Program-made: the position numbers and the translations under genes
Notes under the pieces: generated by a model
What the model saw: the letters and a program-made list of their open reading frames with translations, nothing else
What the model was told of the DNA's origin: nothing
Databases searched by the model: none
NCBI GenBank assembly: GCA_965198175.1
Contig: OZ240245.1
Span: 544,001 to 608,000, forward strand
Length of the DNA: 64,000 bases
Direction: 5' to 3'
Source of the DNA: Candidatus Poribacteria bacterium
GTDB taxonomy: Bacteria > Poribacteria > WGA-4E > PCPOR2b
In this document: one piece after another, positions 42,332-51,735 of the stretch
Layout of the letters: each line of letters opens with the position of its first letter
How positions within the stretch are numbered: the stretch's first letter is position 1

Positions 42332-43375
42332 TAGGAGTTACGCAGTTGAGAGCAAATAGGTTATAATTTGAGCATGAATCCATCGAAATATAATGACATT
42401 GACTATATCAATTTCTTGGTTGGCACTCAGAAAAGTTACAGTTGTCTTGAGGCAGAAAAGGTTCAACCCCAAACTGATGACTCACCGGCTCATGATTCGA
42501 TAACCAGACTTTTGCATCGAGATGAACCCGATACCGGCAAACTGTGGCACGAATCAAAAAGTCAGGTGAAATTGAAATCAGGAATTCTAGTTATAGATGA
42601 TTCGACCCTAGATAAACCTTATTCCCAAAAGATTGACCTAGTGACAAAACACTGGTCGGGGAAACACCATCGAGTTGTGCATGGCATTAACCTAATCACT
42701 TTGCTTTGGACGAATGGCGATAGACATATTCCATGTGATTATCGAATCTATAACAAAGCCAAGGACGGCTTGACGAAAAATGACCATTTCCGTGCAATGC
42801 TGACGGAAGCGAAGAACCGTGGCTTTGTTCCCGAATGTCTTTGCTTTGATAGTTGGTATGCTAGCCTAGAGAATCTAAAAGCCGTCCGAGATTATGGTTG
42901 GAGATGGCTGACTCGTCTAGCTGCCAACCGACGGGTCAGTAAAGATTATTCCGGTAATCGTCCTGTAAGTACAGTGCCGATTGAATCAACGGGTACGATT
43001 GTTCATCTTAAGGGTTATGGATTGATTTTGGTATTCAAGGTGGACACTCCAGAAGGTGACATTGAATATTGGGCAACGAACGACTTACACATGAACGAGT
43101 TAACACGTCTCAAATATACGGAATGGTCTTGGGCAATAGAAGAATATCATCGTGGCATTAAGCAATTCGTTGGCGTCGAACGGGCACAAGTGCGGTCGAC
43201 TCGCACTCAAAGCAATCATATCGGTTTAGCGCTGAGAGCCTTTCTGAGAATTGAGCATTACTGTTATCATACCGGCACCAGTTGGTTTGAAGCAAAACTC
43301 TCAATTGTCAGAAAGGCTGTCCGTGATTATTTGGTGCAGCCTCTTTTTACGCTTGAGTCAACTGCGTAACTCCTA
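42332..43375 (+). mobile_element. IS701-like insertion sequence
   Basis: Perfect 18 bp terminal IRs TAGGAGTTACGCAGTTGA (42332-42349) / TCAACTGCGTAACTCCTA (43358-43375); 5 bp target duplication TCCTT. Confidence 0.92.
42374..43369 (+). CDS. IS701 family DDE transposase
   Basis: LVIDDSTLDKPY, FDSWYAS, W.IEEYHR.IKQ motifs. Confidence 0.93.
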   Translation: MNPSKYNDIDYINFLVGTQKSYSCLEAEKVQPQTDDSPAHDSITRLLHRDEPDTGKLWHESKSQVKLKSGILVIDDSTLDKPYSQKIDLVTKHWSGKHHRVVHGINLITLLWTNGDRHIPCDYRIYNKAKDGLTKNDHFRAMLTEAKNRGFVPECLCFDSWYASLENLKAVRDYGWRWLTRLAANRRVSKDYSGNRPVSTVPIESTGTIVHLKGYGLILVFKVDTPEGDIEYWATNDLHMNELTRLKYTEWSWAIEEYHRGIKQFVGVERAQVRSTRTQSNHIGLALRAFLRIEHYCYHTGTSWFEAKLSIVRKAVRDYLVQPLFTLESTA

Positions 43376-43565
43376 TCCTTATTGTTTTGCAGAAATTTTG
43401 ACTTGAACAACAATGAAAGTCTGCCAACGAAAACAGATATTTCCGAGGCGCGGAGATCAGAATACCACAAAATCAGGCTTGAAGCACGTCTTTGGACGGT
43501 AGCCGCCCGACCCGGTAATAGAACCGGATAACGACTCATAACGGAATCCTCCTTGGGCTGATATT

Positions 43566-45599
43566 TTATTTTTGATTGATACGTATATCAAGGACTTGTG
43601 CCGTCTGGTTTAACACTTCAACTTCAAAATCGTCGAATTCTATGGAGGCTAACGCATTGACAAACTGCTGTAGATTCCCGGCGATCGTGACCTCGATTTC
43701 AGCGATTTTTCCTTCCACATCAAAATGCTGTCGGCGCACATTTTGGACAGAAGGGATGCGCTTCTGTAGTGCGTCCTCAAACAGCAGTAACTCCTTAAAT
43801 GTCACATTCTCAATTCTCAAAATTGACAATTTCTGATTGATACGTATATCGAGGACTTGTGGGGTCTGGTTTAGTACCTCGACTTGAAATTCGTCGAACC
43901 GTATCAAGGCAAGTTCTTTGATAAATTGATGCAAATCCCCAGTTATCGTGACTTCAATCTCGGCGAGTTTTCCAGTCACGTCGAAATGCCGTCGGTGTAC
44001 ATTTTGGACAGAGGGGATGCGTTTCTGTAGTGCGTCTTCAAACAGCAGCAATTCCTTAAACGTCACATTCACAACCTTCAACGTAAGGGCCCGCTCATAA
44101 TTGACTGCGATTTCATGCCATTTGTATTCTATTTCTCCAATCAAATAATCAGCAATCTTGCCCGCGACATTCGCAAGGGCTTTTTTAGCGGCGAACTCCT
44201 CAGTTAAGTCAAGTCCTTTATCCGTCATACTATGCGTCGCGAGTATTTTCCCGGTGTCTGTCTGAATTGCCTTGGCGACTAATTGCCCGCTACAAGCGAC
44301 GATGTTGCCTGGAATTCGTCCCGCGGTACGCTGGCTCACGGCTTCACCGACAATAATGATTTCGGCATCAAATTGGTTCGCCAATGCAACTGCAGCAGCA
44401 ACATCCCCTTGAGCCGCGCGTTTCGCTTCGTCTTTGTATCTGATGTGCTGTATCTGCTGTTGGTCTACGACCGGATAGCCGCGCTCAACAAGTAGGCGGA
44501 TAATCTCGGTCTCTCCGGCAGGGAAGAGAACGCTGCTTCGACGATAATATTCTGGGATGATTACCATAATGAGCGGTTTACGGGCAGGCTGGGGAGGCGG
44601 GACCGTTGAAGCAACATCAGCAGATGGTGCGAGCGATACGTCCTCAACCGTTGGGAGTGTTAGCACAACCTCGCTAGAAATATTACTTGAGATTTGAGGA
44701 GTTTGCTGCTTCCTATTTGCAAAAGCCCACGCTTTAACTCTCTCAACGATATGCCTATTGACTTCTGAAACGGTCACACGCTTATCAGAAAGCATGTCTG
44801 GTGTTCCATAAAGTGCCTCAAGCAGATAATACGCGAACACCCCATATCCAAGATTATCGTCATCAAAACTTGATTCGTTGACATTACATGATGTCAATGT
44901 TACCCGCCCCGTCGCTTTTGAGAGAACGACCTCCGCAAAGGTGTCAGACATTACCCCTAACGGGATTCCCTCGCCTCGGCGGTGTGAGCCACTATGGCAC
45001 ACATCAAAGAAAATAATTTGTTGCCTCGTATTCTGAATCGCCTGATAAACCTTTGAAAGTGGAATTCCTGTTTCAACTGGAGCATTTGCTCGTGTATCGG
45101 CAGGTAGGAGATAGTTGATACCATTTTGTGTGAGTCCATGCCCCGAAAAATAAAATATAACAGTGTCCCCTGCTTGGATTATCTGGCTCAACAAGGATAG
45201 GCTTTCCAGGATATTATCGCGTGTGGGTTGATTCTCAGAACCACTTGTCAGCAGATGCAGATGCTCTGCCTTAAAACTGCCTGTATGTGGATGAGTTAAA
45301 ACCTCGTATATCGATCTCGCATCTGGGGTTGAATATTGAAGTTCGTTAATACTAGGATCGTCATAAGCATTAATCCCAATAATGATTCCCCATCGCGTCA
45401 TCTTATCAATAACCGGTTTGGCATCAATCGCTTGGTCCCCTTCAGTTGCAAAAGAGCTATCAGACGCAGGTACAAGCGCAGCAAATAACAGAAACAAAAA
45501 ACAGAACCTATTAGTAATGGTAGAAATCATGAGCATTTTGGCAGTTACGGATACACGGCTACAGACGTTTGAGGAAATTTCAGATCTGTATACTTGCAT
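43566..45599 (-). CDS. Exported caspase-family (peptidase C14) protein with duplicated C-terminal domain
   Basis: IIGINAY, FYFSGHG, FDVCHSG dyad, QQTPQ; N-terminal hydrophobic signal; 87-aa tandem duplication at the C-terminus. Confidence 0.85.
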   Translation of the reverse strand: MQVYRSEISSNVCSRVSVTAKMLMISTITNRFCFLFLLFAALVPASDSSFATEGDQAIDAKPVIDKMTRWGIIIGINAYDDPSINELQYSTPDARSIYEVLTHPHTGSFKAEHLHLLTSGSENQPTRDNILESLSLLSQIIQAGDTVIFYFSGHGLTQNGINYLLPADTRANAPVETGIPLSKVYQAIQNTRQQIIFFDVCHSGSHRRGEGIPLGVMSDTFAEVVLSKATGRVTLTSCNVNESSFDDDNLGYGVFAYYLLEALYGTPDMLSDKRVTVSEVNRHIVERVKAWAFANRKQQTPQISSNISSEVVLTLPTVEDVSLAPSADVASTVPPPQPARKPLIMVIIPEYYRRSSVLFPAGETEIIRLLVERGYPVVDQQQIQHIRYKDEAKRAAQGDVAAAVALANQFDAEIIIVGEAVSQRTAGRIPGNIVACSGQLVAKAIQTDTGKILATHSMTDKGLDLTEEFAAKKALANVAGKIADYLIGEIEYKWHEIAVNYERALTLKVVNVTFKELLLFEDALQKRIPSVQNVHRRHFDVTGKLAEIEVTITGDLHQFIKELALIRFDEFQVEVLNQTPQVLDIRINQKLSILRIENVTFKELLLFEDALQKRIPSVQNVRRQHFDVEGKIAEIEVTIAGNLQQFVNALASIEFDDFEVEVLNQTAQVLDIRINQK

Positions 45600-45806
45600 C
45601 GCGGATATGCTATCTCCTTATTAAAGTACTGTGATATACTCCCAAGTTGAAGGATTGGAATCCTAAAGTAAGGACGGGCTTTAAACCTTCACCGCTATTG
45701 AACCAAGTAGTTAAAGCCATCCTCGCACGAAGCCTCTCCGACACCAAACCGGTCAGCAACCGAGTTTTTCTGAAGAACCTCGGTTTCTCACCTCAATAGT
45801 GTGGTG

Positions 45807-48686
45807 CTACTTGAGGATTACCATCCGTCGCAAGGCGGAATACTCCCCCGCACGGAGTTCATAGACATAGACGCCGCTTGCGACCGATTCCCCGCGTTCG
45901 TTGGTGCCGTCCCAATACGCCGCACGGTTCCGTGCGGCGTAGAAGCCCGCAGACTGATGCCCCAGATCTAACCGGCGTACTAACACCCCTTTTGTGTCAT
46001 AAACCGTGAGTGTCACATCGGCAGCCTGGGCGAGGTGATACGGTATCCAGGTCTCCGGATTAAACGGATTCGGGTAGTTGGGCAAAAGCGCCGTGTCTTT
46101 CGGCGTCAACGCTGCCAAGAGATGTTCAAGAAAGATAATCCCCCTCTGCGAGGTTGCATCCGTAAGGTCTAGTTGCCGCGCGTGCGCCAGCCACTCGTGC
46201 ACGTCCGCCGCCCGTAGGCACGGCATCCCTGCCGCGATACGGTGCGCGGAGGGTGCAGTTGCCGCGTTCCCAAACGCCCCTGCAACCAAGACTAAATCCA
46301 CGATATTGACAACACTATCGCCGTTCACATCGGCGTCATTCTGTCCCGTCTGTCCGAAACTGGAGCCAACGAGCACCAAATCTTGGATGTTCACAGCGCC
46401 GTCTCCGTTGACATCGCCTGTGACCTGTGGCGGTTCAACGACGTGTCCGTCTTCAACGCGCGGTCGTGAAGCTGCCCCCGCGCTGTCAGAGAGAACCACG
46501 TCAGATAAGGTCAAGGTCGAGGCTTTGACGGCGACCACTTCAAAGGTGAGTGTAGCGAGCGTGCCGTTACCGTTGCTTTCTCCGGCGAGAGATGTTGCGG
46601 CAAGCGTTACTGTATTCCCCGACACAACGGCGGGCACGGCAAAGGCGCCCTGTGGGAGGTAGTCGGCGTTATCGCTTGAGACGAAGCGGAGCGCGGCGGT
46701 ATCGAAGGTGACGGTCGCCTGATAGCCGGCGACGTTTTCACCGTCCACGATGGTGAGCGGGAGCGTAAACAGCTCTCCGACGGTAGGCGATGGCACAGGT
46801 TCCGCCGAAAAGCGCACCGTTGCGTTCGTGCCGGCTGACGGGGTGAGTTCCCACAGGAGAATCGTGCCGTCACCACTGCCACTGGCGATGGTGCTGCCAT
46901 CGGGACTGTACGCGAGGCTGTTGACCCCACTTGTATGCCCAGTGAGTGTACGCCGGTGTTCTCCCGAATCGGCGTCCCACAGGCGGATGGTATTGTCATC
47001 ACTCCCACTAGCGATATTGCGTCCATCGGGACTGTACGCGAGGCTTGAGACCGAATCCGTATGCCCTGTGAGCGTGCGCCGGTGTTCTCCCGAATCGGCG
47101 TCCCAGAGGCGGACGGTATCGTCGTAACCCCCACTAGCGATAGTGCTGCCATCGGGACTGTACGCGAGGCTGTTGACCCCACTTGTATGCCCTGTGAGCG
47201 TGCGGAGGAGCGTTCCGGTGTCGGCGTCCCAGAGGCGAATTTCTCCCAAACTCCCACTAGCGAGAGTTCGCCCGTCCGGGCTGAAGGCGAGGCTGTAGAC
47301 CGAACCCGTATGCCCTGTGAGCGTGCGGAGGAGTGTTCCGGTGTCGGCGTCCCAGAGGCGGATAGTGCCGACCCAACCCCCCCCGGCACTAGCGAGAGTG
47401 CGTCCATCGGGACTGTACGCGAGGCTATAGACCGAATCCGTATGCCCTGTGAGTGTACGCCGGTGTTCTCCGGTATCGGCGTCCCAGAGGCGGACGGTAT
47501 CGTCCCAACTCCCACTAGCGATGGTGCGTCCATCGGGACTGTACGCGAGGCATGAGACCCCAAACGTATGCCCTGTGAGTGTACGCCGGTGTTCTCCGGT
47601 ATCGGCGTCCCAGAGGCGGATAGTGCCGTCGTAACTCCCACTAGCGATGGTGCTGCCATCGGGACTGTACGCGAGGCTATAGACCCAAGGCGTATACCCT
47701 GAAAGTGTACGCCGGTGTTCTCCCGAATCGGCGTCCCAGAGGCGGATAGTGCCGACCCAACCCCCCCCGGCACTAGCGATGGTGCTGCCATCGGGACTGT
47801 ACGCGAGGCTGTTGACCCCACTTGTATGCCCTGTGAGTGTACGCCGGTGTTCTCCCGAATCGGCGTCCCAGAGGCGGATTTCTTGCCAACTCCCACTAGC
47901 GAGAGTGCTGCCATCGGGACTGTACGCGAGGCTGTTGACCCCACTTGTATGCCCTGTGAGTGTACGCCGGTGTTCTCCCGAATCGGCGTCCCAGAGGCGA
48001 ATTTCTCCCAAACTCCCACTAGCGAGAGTTCGCCCGTTCGGGCTGAAGGCGAGGCTGTTGACCCCACTTGTATGCCCTGTGAGTGTACGCCGGTGTTCTC
48101 CCGAATCGGCGTCCCAGAGGCGGATAGTGCCGACCCAACCCCCCCCGGCACTAGCGAGAGTGCGCCCGTTTGGGCTGAAGGCGAGGCTTGAGACCGAACT
48201 CGTATGCCCTGTGAGCGTGCGCCGGTGTTCTCCCGAATCGGCGTCCCAGAGGCGGACGGTATTGTCCCGACTCCCACTAGCGATATTGCGTCCATCGGGA
48301 CTGTACGCGAGGCTTGAGACCGAACTCGTATGCCCTGTGAGTGTACGCCGGTGTTCTCCGGTATCGGCGTCCCAGAGGCGGATTTCTCCCCCACTCCCAC
48401 TAGCGATAGTGCTGCCGTCGGGACTGAAGGCGAGGCTTGAGACCCAATCCGTATGCGCTGTGAGCAGGGCAACTTCTTGATGGGTGGCTGTATCATACAG
48501 CCAAATACCGATACTACTAGCCACCGCAAGTCGAGTGCCATCGGGCGAATACTTTATCTCACTTATCACGCCTTTGCCGAGCCGCGCTTTAGCACCCTCG
48601 GGTAAGTGCCACTGAGGAGAATCTTGGGCAAAGCTGTTGAGTGAAAACAGGGTGAAAAGAATTAGTAAGGTCAAGGTTGTTTTCAT
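45807..48686 (-). CDS. Secreted WD40 (1+13 units)-cohesin-dockerin-FlgD-like protein, copy 3
   Basis: Same architecture; start MKTTLT at 48686. Confidence 0.92.
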   Translation of the reverse strand: MKTTLTLLILFTLFSLNSFAQDSPQWHLPEGAKARLGKGVISEIKYSPDGTRLAVASSIGIWLYDTATHQEVALLTAHTDWVSSLAFSPDGSTIASGSGGEIRLWDADTGEHRRTLTGHTSSVSSLAYSPDGRNIASGSRDNTVRLWDADSGEHRRTLTGHTSSVSSLAFSPNGRTLASAGGGWVGTIRLWDADSGEHRRTLTGHTSGVNSLAFSPNGRTLASGSLGEIRLWDADSGEHRRTLTGHTSGVNSLAYSPDGSTLASGSWQEIRLWDADSGEHRRTLTGHTSGVNSLAYSPDGSTIASAGGGWVGTIRLWDADSGEHRRTLSGYTPWVYSLAYSPDGSTIASGSYDGTIRLWDADTGEHRRTLTGHTFGVSCLAYSPDGRTIASGSWDDTVRLWDADTGEHRRTLTGHTDSVYSLAYSPDGRTLASAGGGWVGTIRLWDADTGTLLRTLTGHTGSVYSLAFSPDGRTLASGSLGEIRLWDADTGTLLRTLTGHTSGVNSLAYSPDGSTIASGGYDDTVRLWDADSGEHRRTLTGHTDSVSSLAYSPDGRNIASGSDDNTIRLWDADSGEHRRTLTGHTSGVNSLAYSPDGSTIASGSGDGTILLWELTPSAGTNATVRFSAEPVPSPTVGELFTLPLTIVDGENVAGYQATVTFDTAALRFVSSDNADYLPQGAFAVPAVVSGNTVTLAATSLAGESNGNGTLATLTFEVVAVKASTLTLSDVVLSDSAGAASRPRVEDGHVVEPPQVTGDVNGDGAVNIQDLVLVGSSFGQTGQNDADVNGDSVVNIVDLVLVAGAFGNAATAPSAHRIAAGMPCLRAADVHEWLAHARQLDLTDATSQRGIIFLEHLLAALTPKDTALLPNYPNPFNPETWIPYHLAQAADVTLTVYDTKGVLVRRLDLGHQSAGFYAARNRAAYWDGTNERGESVASGVYVYELRAGEYSALRRMVILK

Positions 48687-48867
48687 GTAAAGTTTTCCCT
48701 TTTTGAAAGTTGATTGCCATCTGGAACTGCAGTGGTCAGTGGCTAGTGCCCAGTAATTTGTGACCAGCACGTAGGTTGTGACTTCAGCAACCGATCAAGC
48801 GACTGGACAAGGAGTGCGATAGAGTTCTCTTTTGAAGAACTCGGTTTCTGACCTCAATTTTGCGGTG
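48687..48867. repeat. Conserved intergenic module (copy C)
   Basis: Direct repeat of 35874-36062, one heptamer shorter. Confidence 0.9.
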
Positions 48868-51735
48868 CTACTTGAGGATTATCATCCGGCGTAACGCGGA
48901 ATACTCCCCCGCACGGAGTTCATAGACATAGACGCCGCTTGCGACCGATTCCCCGCGTTCGTTGGTGCCGTCCCAATACGCCGCACGGTTCCGTGCGGCG
49001 TAGAAGCCCGCAGACTGATGCCCCAGATCTAACCGGCGTACTAACACCCCTTTTGTGTCATAAACCGTGAGTCTCACATCGGCAGCCTGGGCGAGGTGAT
49101 ACGGTATCCAGGTCTCCGGATTAAACGGATTCGGGTAGTTGGGCAAAAGCACCGTGTCTTTCGGCGTCAACGCCGCGAGGAGTTGTTCCAGCACGACAAT
49201 CCCCCTCGCCATCGTGGCATCTTTAACCTGAAGCGACCGCGCATCGGCGAGCCACTGTTTCACGTCCGCCGCCCGTAGGCGCGGCATCCCTGCCGCGATA
49301 CGGTGCGCGGAGGGCGCAGTTGCCGCGTTCCCGAACGCAGCGGCAACCAACACCAAATCTTGAATGTTTACCACAGCATCTCCGTTGACATCGGCGTCAT
49401 TCTGTCCTGTCTGCCCAAGGCTTGAACCAACGAGCACCAAATCTTGGATGTTGACGGCACCGTCACGGTTGACATCTCCGACTAATTGTGGCGGTTCAAC
49501 CACTTGCCCGTTTTCAACCTGCGGACGGAAAGCTGCCCCCGCGCTGTCAGAGAGAACCACGTCAGATAAGGTCAAGGTAGAGGCTTTGACGGCGACCACC
49601 TCATAGGTGAGTGTAGCGAGCGTGCCGTCACCGTTGCTTTCTCCGGCGAGAGATGTTGCGGCAAGCGTTACTGTATTCCCCGACACGACGGCGGGCACGG
49701 CAAAGGCGCCCTGTGGGAGGTAGTCGGCGTTAGCGCTTGAGACGAAGCGGAGCGCGGCGGTATCGAAGGTGACGGTCGCCTGATAGCCGGCGACGTTTTC
49801 ACCGTCCGTGATGGTGAGCGGGAGCGTAAACAGCTCTCCGACGGTAGGCGATGGCACAGGTTCCGCCGAAAAGCGCACCGTTGCGGTGTTGGTAGGCGCG
49901 AGTTCCCACAGGAGAATCGTGCCGTCGTCACTCCCACTAGCGAGAGTTCGCCCGTTCGGGCTGAAGGCGACGCTGTCGACCCCACTTGTATGCCCTATGA
50001 GCGTGCGGAGGAGTCTACCCGAATCGGCGTCCCAGAGGCGGACGGTATTGTCGTAACTCCCACTAGCGATGGTGCTGCCATCGGGACTGTACGCGAGGCT
50101 GTTGACCCCACTTGTATGCCCTGTGAGCGTGCGCCGGTGTTCTCCCGAATCGGCGTCCCAGAGGCGGACGGTATCGTCGTAACTCCCACTAGCGATAGTG
50201 CGTCCGTTCGGGCTGAAGGCGACGCTGTTGACATCCGACGTATGCCCAGTGAGTGTACGCCGGTGTTCTCCCGAATCGGCGTCCCAGAGGCGGACGGTAT
50301 CGTCCCCACTCCCACTAGCGATAGTTCGCCCGTCCGGGCTGAAGGCGGCGCTGTTGACATCCGACGTATGCCCAGTGAGTGTACGCCGGTGTTCTCCCGA
50401 ATCGGCGTCCCAGAGGCGGACGGTATCGTCCCCACTCCCACTAGCGATAGTTCGCCCGTCCGGGCTGAAGGCGGCGCTGTCGACCGATCTCGTATGCCCT
50501 GTGAGCGTGCGCCGGTGTTCTCCGGTATCGGCGTCCCAGAGGCGGACGGTATCGTCCCCACTCCCACTAGCGATGGTGCGTCCATCGGGACTGTACGCAA
50601 CGCTTGAGACCTCAGACGTATGCCCTGTGAGCGTGCGCCGGTGTTCTCCGGTATCGGCGTCCCAGAGGCGGACGGTATCGTCCCAACTCCCACTAGCGAT
50701 GGTGTTGCCATTGGGACTGTACGCGAGGCTATGGACCGATCTCGTATGCCCTGTGAGCGTGCGGCGGAGTGTTCCGGTGTCGGCGTCCCAGAGGCGGACG
50801 GTATTGTCCCGACTCCCACTAGCGATAGTGCTGCCATCGGGACTGTACGCGAGGCTTGAGACCCAATGCGTATGCCCTAAAAGTGTAGGCCGGTGTTCTC
50901 CCGAATCGGCGTCCCAGAGGCGGATGGTATTGTCCCAACCCCCACTAGCGATGGTGCTGCCATCGGGACTGTACGCGAGGCTTGAGACCCCAAACGTATG
51001 TCCTGTGAGTGTACGCCGGTGTTCTCCCGAATCGGCGTCCCAGAGGCGGATAGTGTCGTCGAAACCCCCACTACTAGCGATAGTGCGTCCATCGGGACTG
51101 TACGCGAGGCTTGAGACCCAATCCGTATGCCCTGTGAGCGTGCGGCGGAGTGTTCCGGTGTCGGCGTCCCAGAGGCGGACGGTATCGTCGTAACTCCCAC
51201 TAGCGATAGTGCTGCCATCGGGACTGTACGCGAGGCTGTTGACCCCACTTGTATGCCCTGTGAGCGTGCGCCGGTGTTCTCCCGAATCGGCGTCCCAGAG
51301 GCGGACGGTATCGTCCCCACTCCCACTAGCGATAGTGCTGCCATCGGGACTGTACGCGAGGCTTGAGACCCAATGCGTATGCCCTGTGAGCGTGCGGCGG
51401 TGTGTTTCGGTGTCGGCGTCCCAGAGGCGGATTTCTCCCCAACTCCCACTAGCGATGGTGCTGCCATCAGGACTGTACGCGAGGCTCCTGACCGAATCCG
51501 TATGCCCTGTGAGCAGGGCGAGTTCTTCACCGGTGGCTGCATCGTATATCCAAATCCCGATACTGCTAGCCACCGCAAGTCGAGTGCCATCGGGCGAATA
51601 CGTTATTTCTCGTATCGCGCCTTTGCCGAGCCGCGCTTTAGCACCCTCGGGTAAGTGCCACTGAGGGAAATCTTGGGCGAAGGTGTTGAGTGAAAACAGG
51701 GTGAAAAGAATTAGTAAGGTCAAGGTTGTTTTCAT
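48868..51735 (-). CDS. Secreted WD40 (1+13 units)-cohesin-dockerin-FlgD-like protein, copy 4
   Basis: Same architecture. Confidence 0.92.
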   Translation of the reverse strand: MKTTLTLLILFTLFSLNTFAQDFPQWHLPEGAKARLGKGAIREITYSPDGTRLAVASSIGIWIYDAATGEELALLTGHTDSVRSLAYSPDGSTIASGSWGEIRLWDADTETHRRTLTGHTHWVSSLAYSPDGSTIASGSGDDTVRLWDADSGEHRRTLTGHTSGVNSLAYSPDGSTIASGSYDDTVRLWDADTGTLRRTLTGHTDWVSSLAYSPDGRTIASSGGFDDTIRLWDADSGEHRRTLTGHTFGVSSLAYSPDGSTIASGGWDNTIRLWDADSGEHRPTLLGHTHWVSSLAYSPDGSTIASGSRDNTVRLWDADTGTLRRTLTGHTRSVHSLAYSPNGNTIASGSWDDTVRLWDADTGEHRRTLTGHTSEVSSVAYSPDGRTIASGSGDDTVRLWDADTGEHRRTLTGHTRSVDSAAFSPDGRTIASGSGDDTVRLWDADSGEHRRTLTGHTSDVNSAAFSPDGRTIASGSGDDTVRLWDADSGEHRRTLTGHTSDVNSVAFSPNGRTIASGSYDDTVRLWDADSGEHRRTLTGHTSGVNSLAYSPDGSTIASGSYDNTVRLWDADSGRLLRTLIGHTSGVDSVAFSPNGRTLASGSDDGTILLWELAPTNTATVRFSAEPVPSPTVGELFTLPLTITDGENVAGYQATVTFDTAALRFVSSANADYLPQGAFAVPAVVSGNTVTLAATSLAGESNGDGTLATLTYEVVAVKASTLTLSDVVLSDSAGAAFRPQVENGQVVEPPQLVGDVNRDGAVNIQDLVLVGSSLGQTGQNDADVNGDAVVNIQDLVLVAAAFGNAATAPSAHRIAAGMPRLRAADVKQWLADARSLQVKDATMARGIVVLEQLLAALTPKDTVLLPNYPNPFNPETWIPYHLAQAADVRLTVYDTKGVLVRRLDLGHQSAGFYAARNRAAYWDGTNERGESVASGVYVYELRAGEYSALRRMIILK

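Noticed and set aside
33990..51620. CRISPR array
   Set aside because: Repeats are coding WD40 units of about 126 bp in open frames; no unique spacers and no cas genes.
33907..51664. Long alternative-frame and antisense ORFs (e.g. 33971-35680, 46607-48541, 34696-35802, 50198-51193)
   Set aside because: Shadows of a tandem unit that lacks stops in other frames; no RBS and no protein-like composition.
32964..51735. Diversity-generating retroelement driving WD40 variation
   Set aside because: No reverse transcriptase or non-coding template repeat in the window. Variation includes indels and all bases, not adenine-specific changes in one C-terminal region.
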